NCBI GenBank assembly: GCA_964372815.1
Contig: CAYJSG010000001.1
Coordinates: 1-44,267, forward strand
Direction of reading: 5' to 3'
DNA: 44,267 bases
From: Candidatus Woesearchaeota archaeon
GTDB taxonomy: Archaea > Nanobdellota > Nanobdellia > Pacearchaeales > GW2011-AR1
The notes under the pieces were generated by a model. The model was given only the letters and a program-made list of their open reading frames with translations. It was not told the DNA's origin and ran no database searches. Of the stretch, positions 43,151 to 44,267 are shown one piece after another. The translations under genes and the position numbers were made by a program. Numbering within the stretch: the stretch's first letter is position 1; each line of letters begins with the position of its first letter.

Positions 43151-44267
43151 ATGAGATTTTTATTTAAAAAAATAGGTTCTGTTCTTGCAAGCACAGTGAT
43201 GTTAGGTTCTAGCGTAGCATTAGCTGCTGCAGCTAACTATCCTGCTCCTTTCGTTGTGAATGGTGCAGCTGATGTGGCTTTAGTTCATGGCGGAGCAAAT
43301 GCTGCTTATACAGACCTAGTCGCTGTGACTGATATAACTACAAGCTTACAAGCAGAGTTAGCCAGACAGACTGCAAAAGGTGGAACAACTGGAACAACCG
43401 GTACTATAACTGGAGAAGCTGCTCCATTGTTTACCAGTGGTACAAAGCTTTATGCTGATAGTGTATTGAATACTGTTAAAAATGTTTTGACAGAAACAGA
43501 ATTGCCAATAATTTTAGCAGATGGCACTTTCAGCGGTAATGTTGAGGCTACATATACTCAAAAGATTGAATTGGGATCTTGGCCAACAGTTAACGTTACT
43601 TTCGCAAAACAGCCAACTAGTTCAAATGATCCTGTATTTGGGATAACAACTAGTACCACTAGCACTGTAAGAACTTATAACGCTACAGCAACATTTAGTA
43701 AGGCAATAAACTTTACTCACGCAGATTCAAAAGGACAGGATATTACTTTGTTTGGGCAAAAATTCACAATTTCTTCTGCAACTTCTGACACTAATTTAGT
43801 GTTATTAAAAACAGCAGAGAGATTAAGTCTAACAAGTGATGATCCGTCTGTTGAAGTAACAATAGGAGCTAATAAATATACTGTTGAATTAATTTCGTCA
43901 TCTGATACTGCTGCGACTATTAAAGTCACAGATAGTAGTGGAAAGAGCGAAACTAAAGAAGTAAATGAAAATGCTTCTAAGAAAATCAACGGGATTACTG
44001 TTGCTATTACAAATGCTGATGAGACAAACCTCAGACTTTCTGCTTCAGTAATAGCTGGTGCAGAGAAAATCACCATTTCTACAACTACAGGAAGTAGTGT
44101 TAAGCTTGGTGAAGATGAAAAAATAATTGAGGGCACTGCTACTACCATGACGGGAGGAACGACTGCTGCAACTGACATTACTTTTGGTGTATACGCACCA
44201 AACTCTGACAGTGATGCAATTATTCCAGGAGGTAGTTTTAAAGATCCGGTTTTAGGGACATTTAAAG
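43151..44267 (+). CDS. S-layer protein precursor (Methanococcales-type S-layer family), 5' partial, open to the window end
   Basis: AGGAGGT Shine-Dalgarno at 43136-43142 and ATG at 43151. Signal peptide MRFLFKKIGSVLASTVMLGSSVALAAAA, then ANYPAPFVVNGAADVALVHG. There is no stop for 372 codons, with T/S/A/G-rich composition. It is absent from the ORF track because it lacks a stop. Confidence 0.75.
   Translation, partial: MRFLFKKIGSVLASTVMLGSSVALAAAANYPAPFVVNGAADVALVHGGANAAYTDLVAVTDITTSLQAELARQTAKGGTTGTTGTITGEAAPLFTSGTKLYADSVLNTVKNVLTETELPIILADGTFSGNVEATYTQKIELGSWPTVNVTFAKQPTSSNDPVFGITTSTTSTVRTYNATATFSKAINFTHADSKGQDITLFGQKFTISSATSDTNLVLLKTAERLSLTSDDPSVEVTIGANKYTVELISSSDTAATIKVTDSSGKSETKEVNENASKKINGITVAITNADETNLRLSASVIAGAEKITISTTTGSSVKLGEDEKIIEGTATTMTGGTTAATDITFGVYAPNSDSDAIIPGGSFKDPVLGTFK

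Noticed and set aside
43717-44178. 153-aa minus-strand ORF in the track
   Set aside because: It is antisense to the S-layer ORF. Its V/S/A-rich sequence simply mirrors the T/A/S-rich sense strand.
1-44267. Stop-codon reassignment as the explanation for the in-frame TAA/TAG at 564, 18 and 17652
   Set aside because: TAA, TAG and TGA all terminate dozens of well-delimited genes here at family-typical lengths. Isolated nonsense mutations or assembly errors are the simpler explanation.
1-44267. CRISPR arrays, rRNA, tRNA, IS elements and integrases
   Set aside because: No regularly spaced repeats of 25-40 nt were seen, and no rRNA- or tRNA-like GC-rich blocks. No transposase or integrase ORFs were seen either. 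The only tandem repeats are the 63-nt duplication, the 8-nt TTTAAAG run and the 69-nt coding repeats.

Overview
The window reads as an AT-rich, tightly packed archaeal fragment, probably from a small-genome DPANN-like lineage. That lineage call is inference from the archaeal markers AglB/STT3, prefoldin alpha, RNase P Pop5, archaeal RNase J, Mtq2-like methyltransferase, class III signal peptides and a Methanococcales-type S-layer protein. All calls come from reading the supplied translations and hand-indexing the DNA. No searches were run, so family names are recollection-based.

Layout:
- 1-32 kb is a large surface-glycan / N-glycosylation island. It holds NDP-sugar dehydratase, epimerase and SDR genes, two Nudix genes, about eight GT-A or GT-B glycosyltransferases, a SAM methyltransferase and two ArnT/PMT-like GT-C enzymes (one broken by an in-frame TAA). 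It also holds a flippase, an AglH-like GlcNAc-1-P transferase and AglB.
- Embedded in the island is an unexpected PanB plus acetolactate-synthase-like ThDP enzyme plus P-loop kinase plus HAD module.
- Also embedded is a dual-HTH protein carrying five 23-aa tandem repeats.
- 32-38 kb is housekeeping: SpoIIM-like, pfdA, Mtq2-like, RNase J, HtrA-like protease and Pop5.
- 38.1-38.4 kb is a 249-nt segment flanked by 12-nt direct repeats. It contains a 10-bp hairpin and a broken L40e-like reading frame.
- 38.4-41.2 kb encodes four Cys-rich proteins with prepilin-like (class III) signal peptides, interleaved with an LMW phosphatase.
- 41.3-42.8 kb has an MNT-HEPN pair (HEPN frameshifted) and a wHTH regulator with a perfect 13-bp inverted repeat upstream.
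- From 43151 to the window end is an open S-layer gene that is absent from the ORF track.

No rRNA, tRNA, CRISPR array or transposase was seen.
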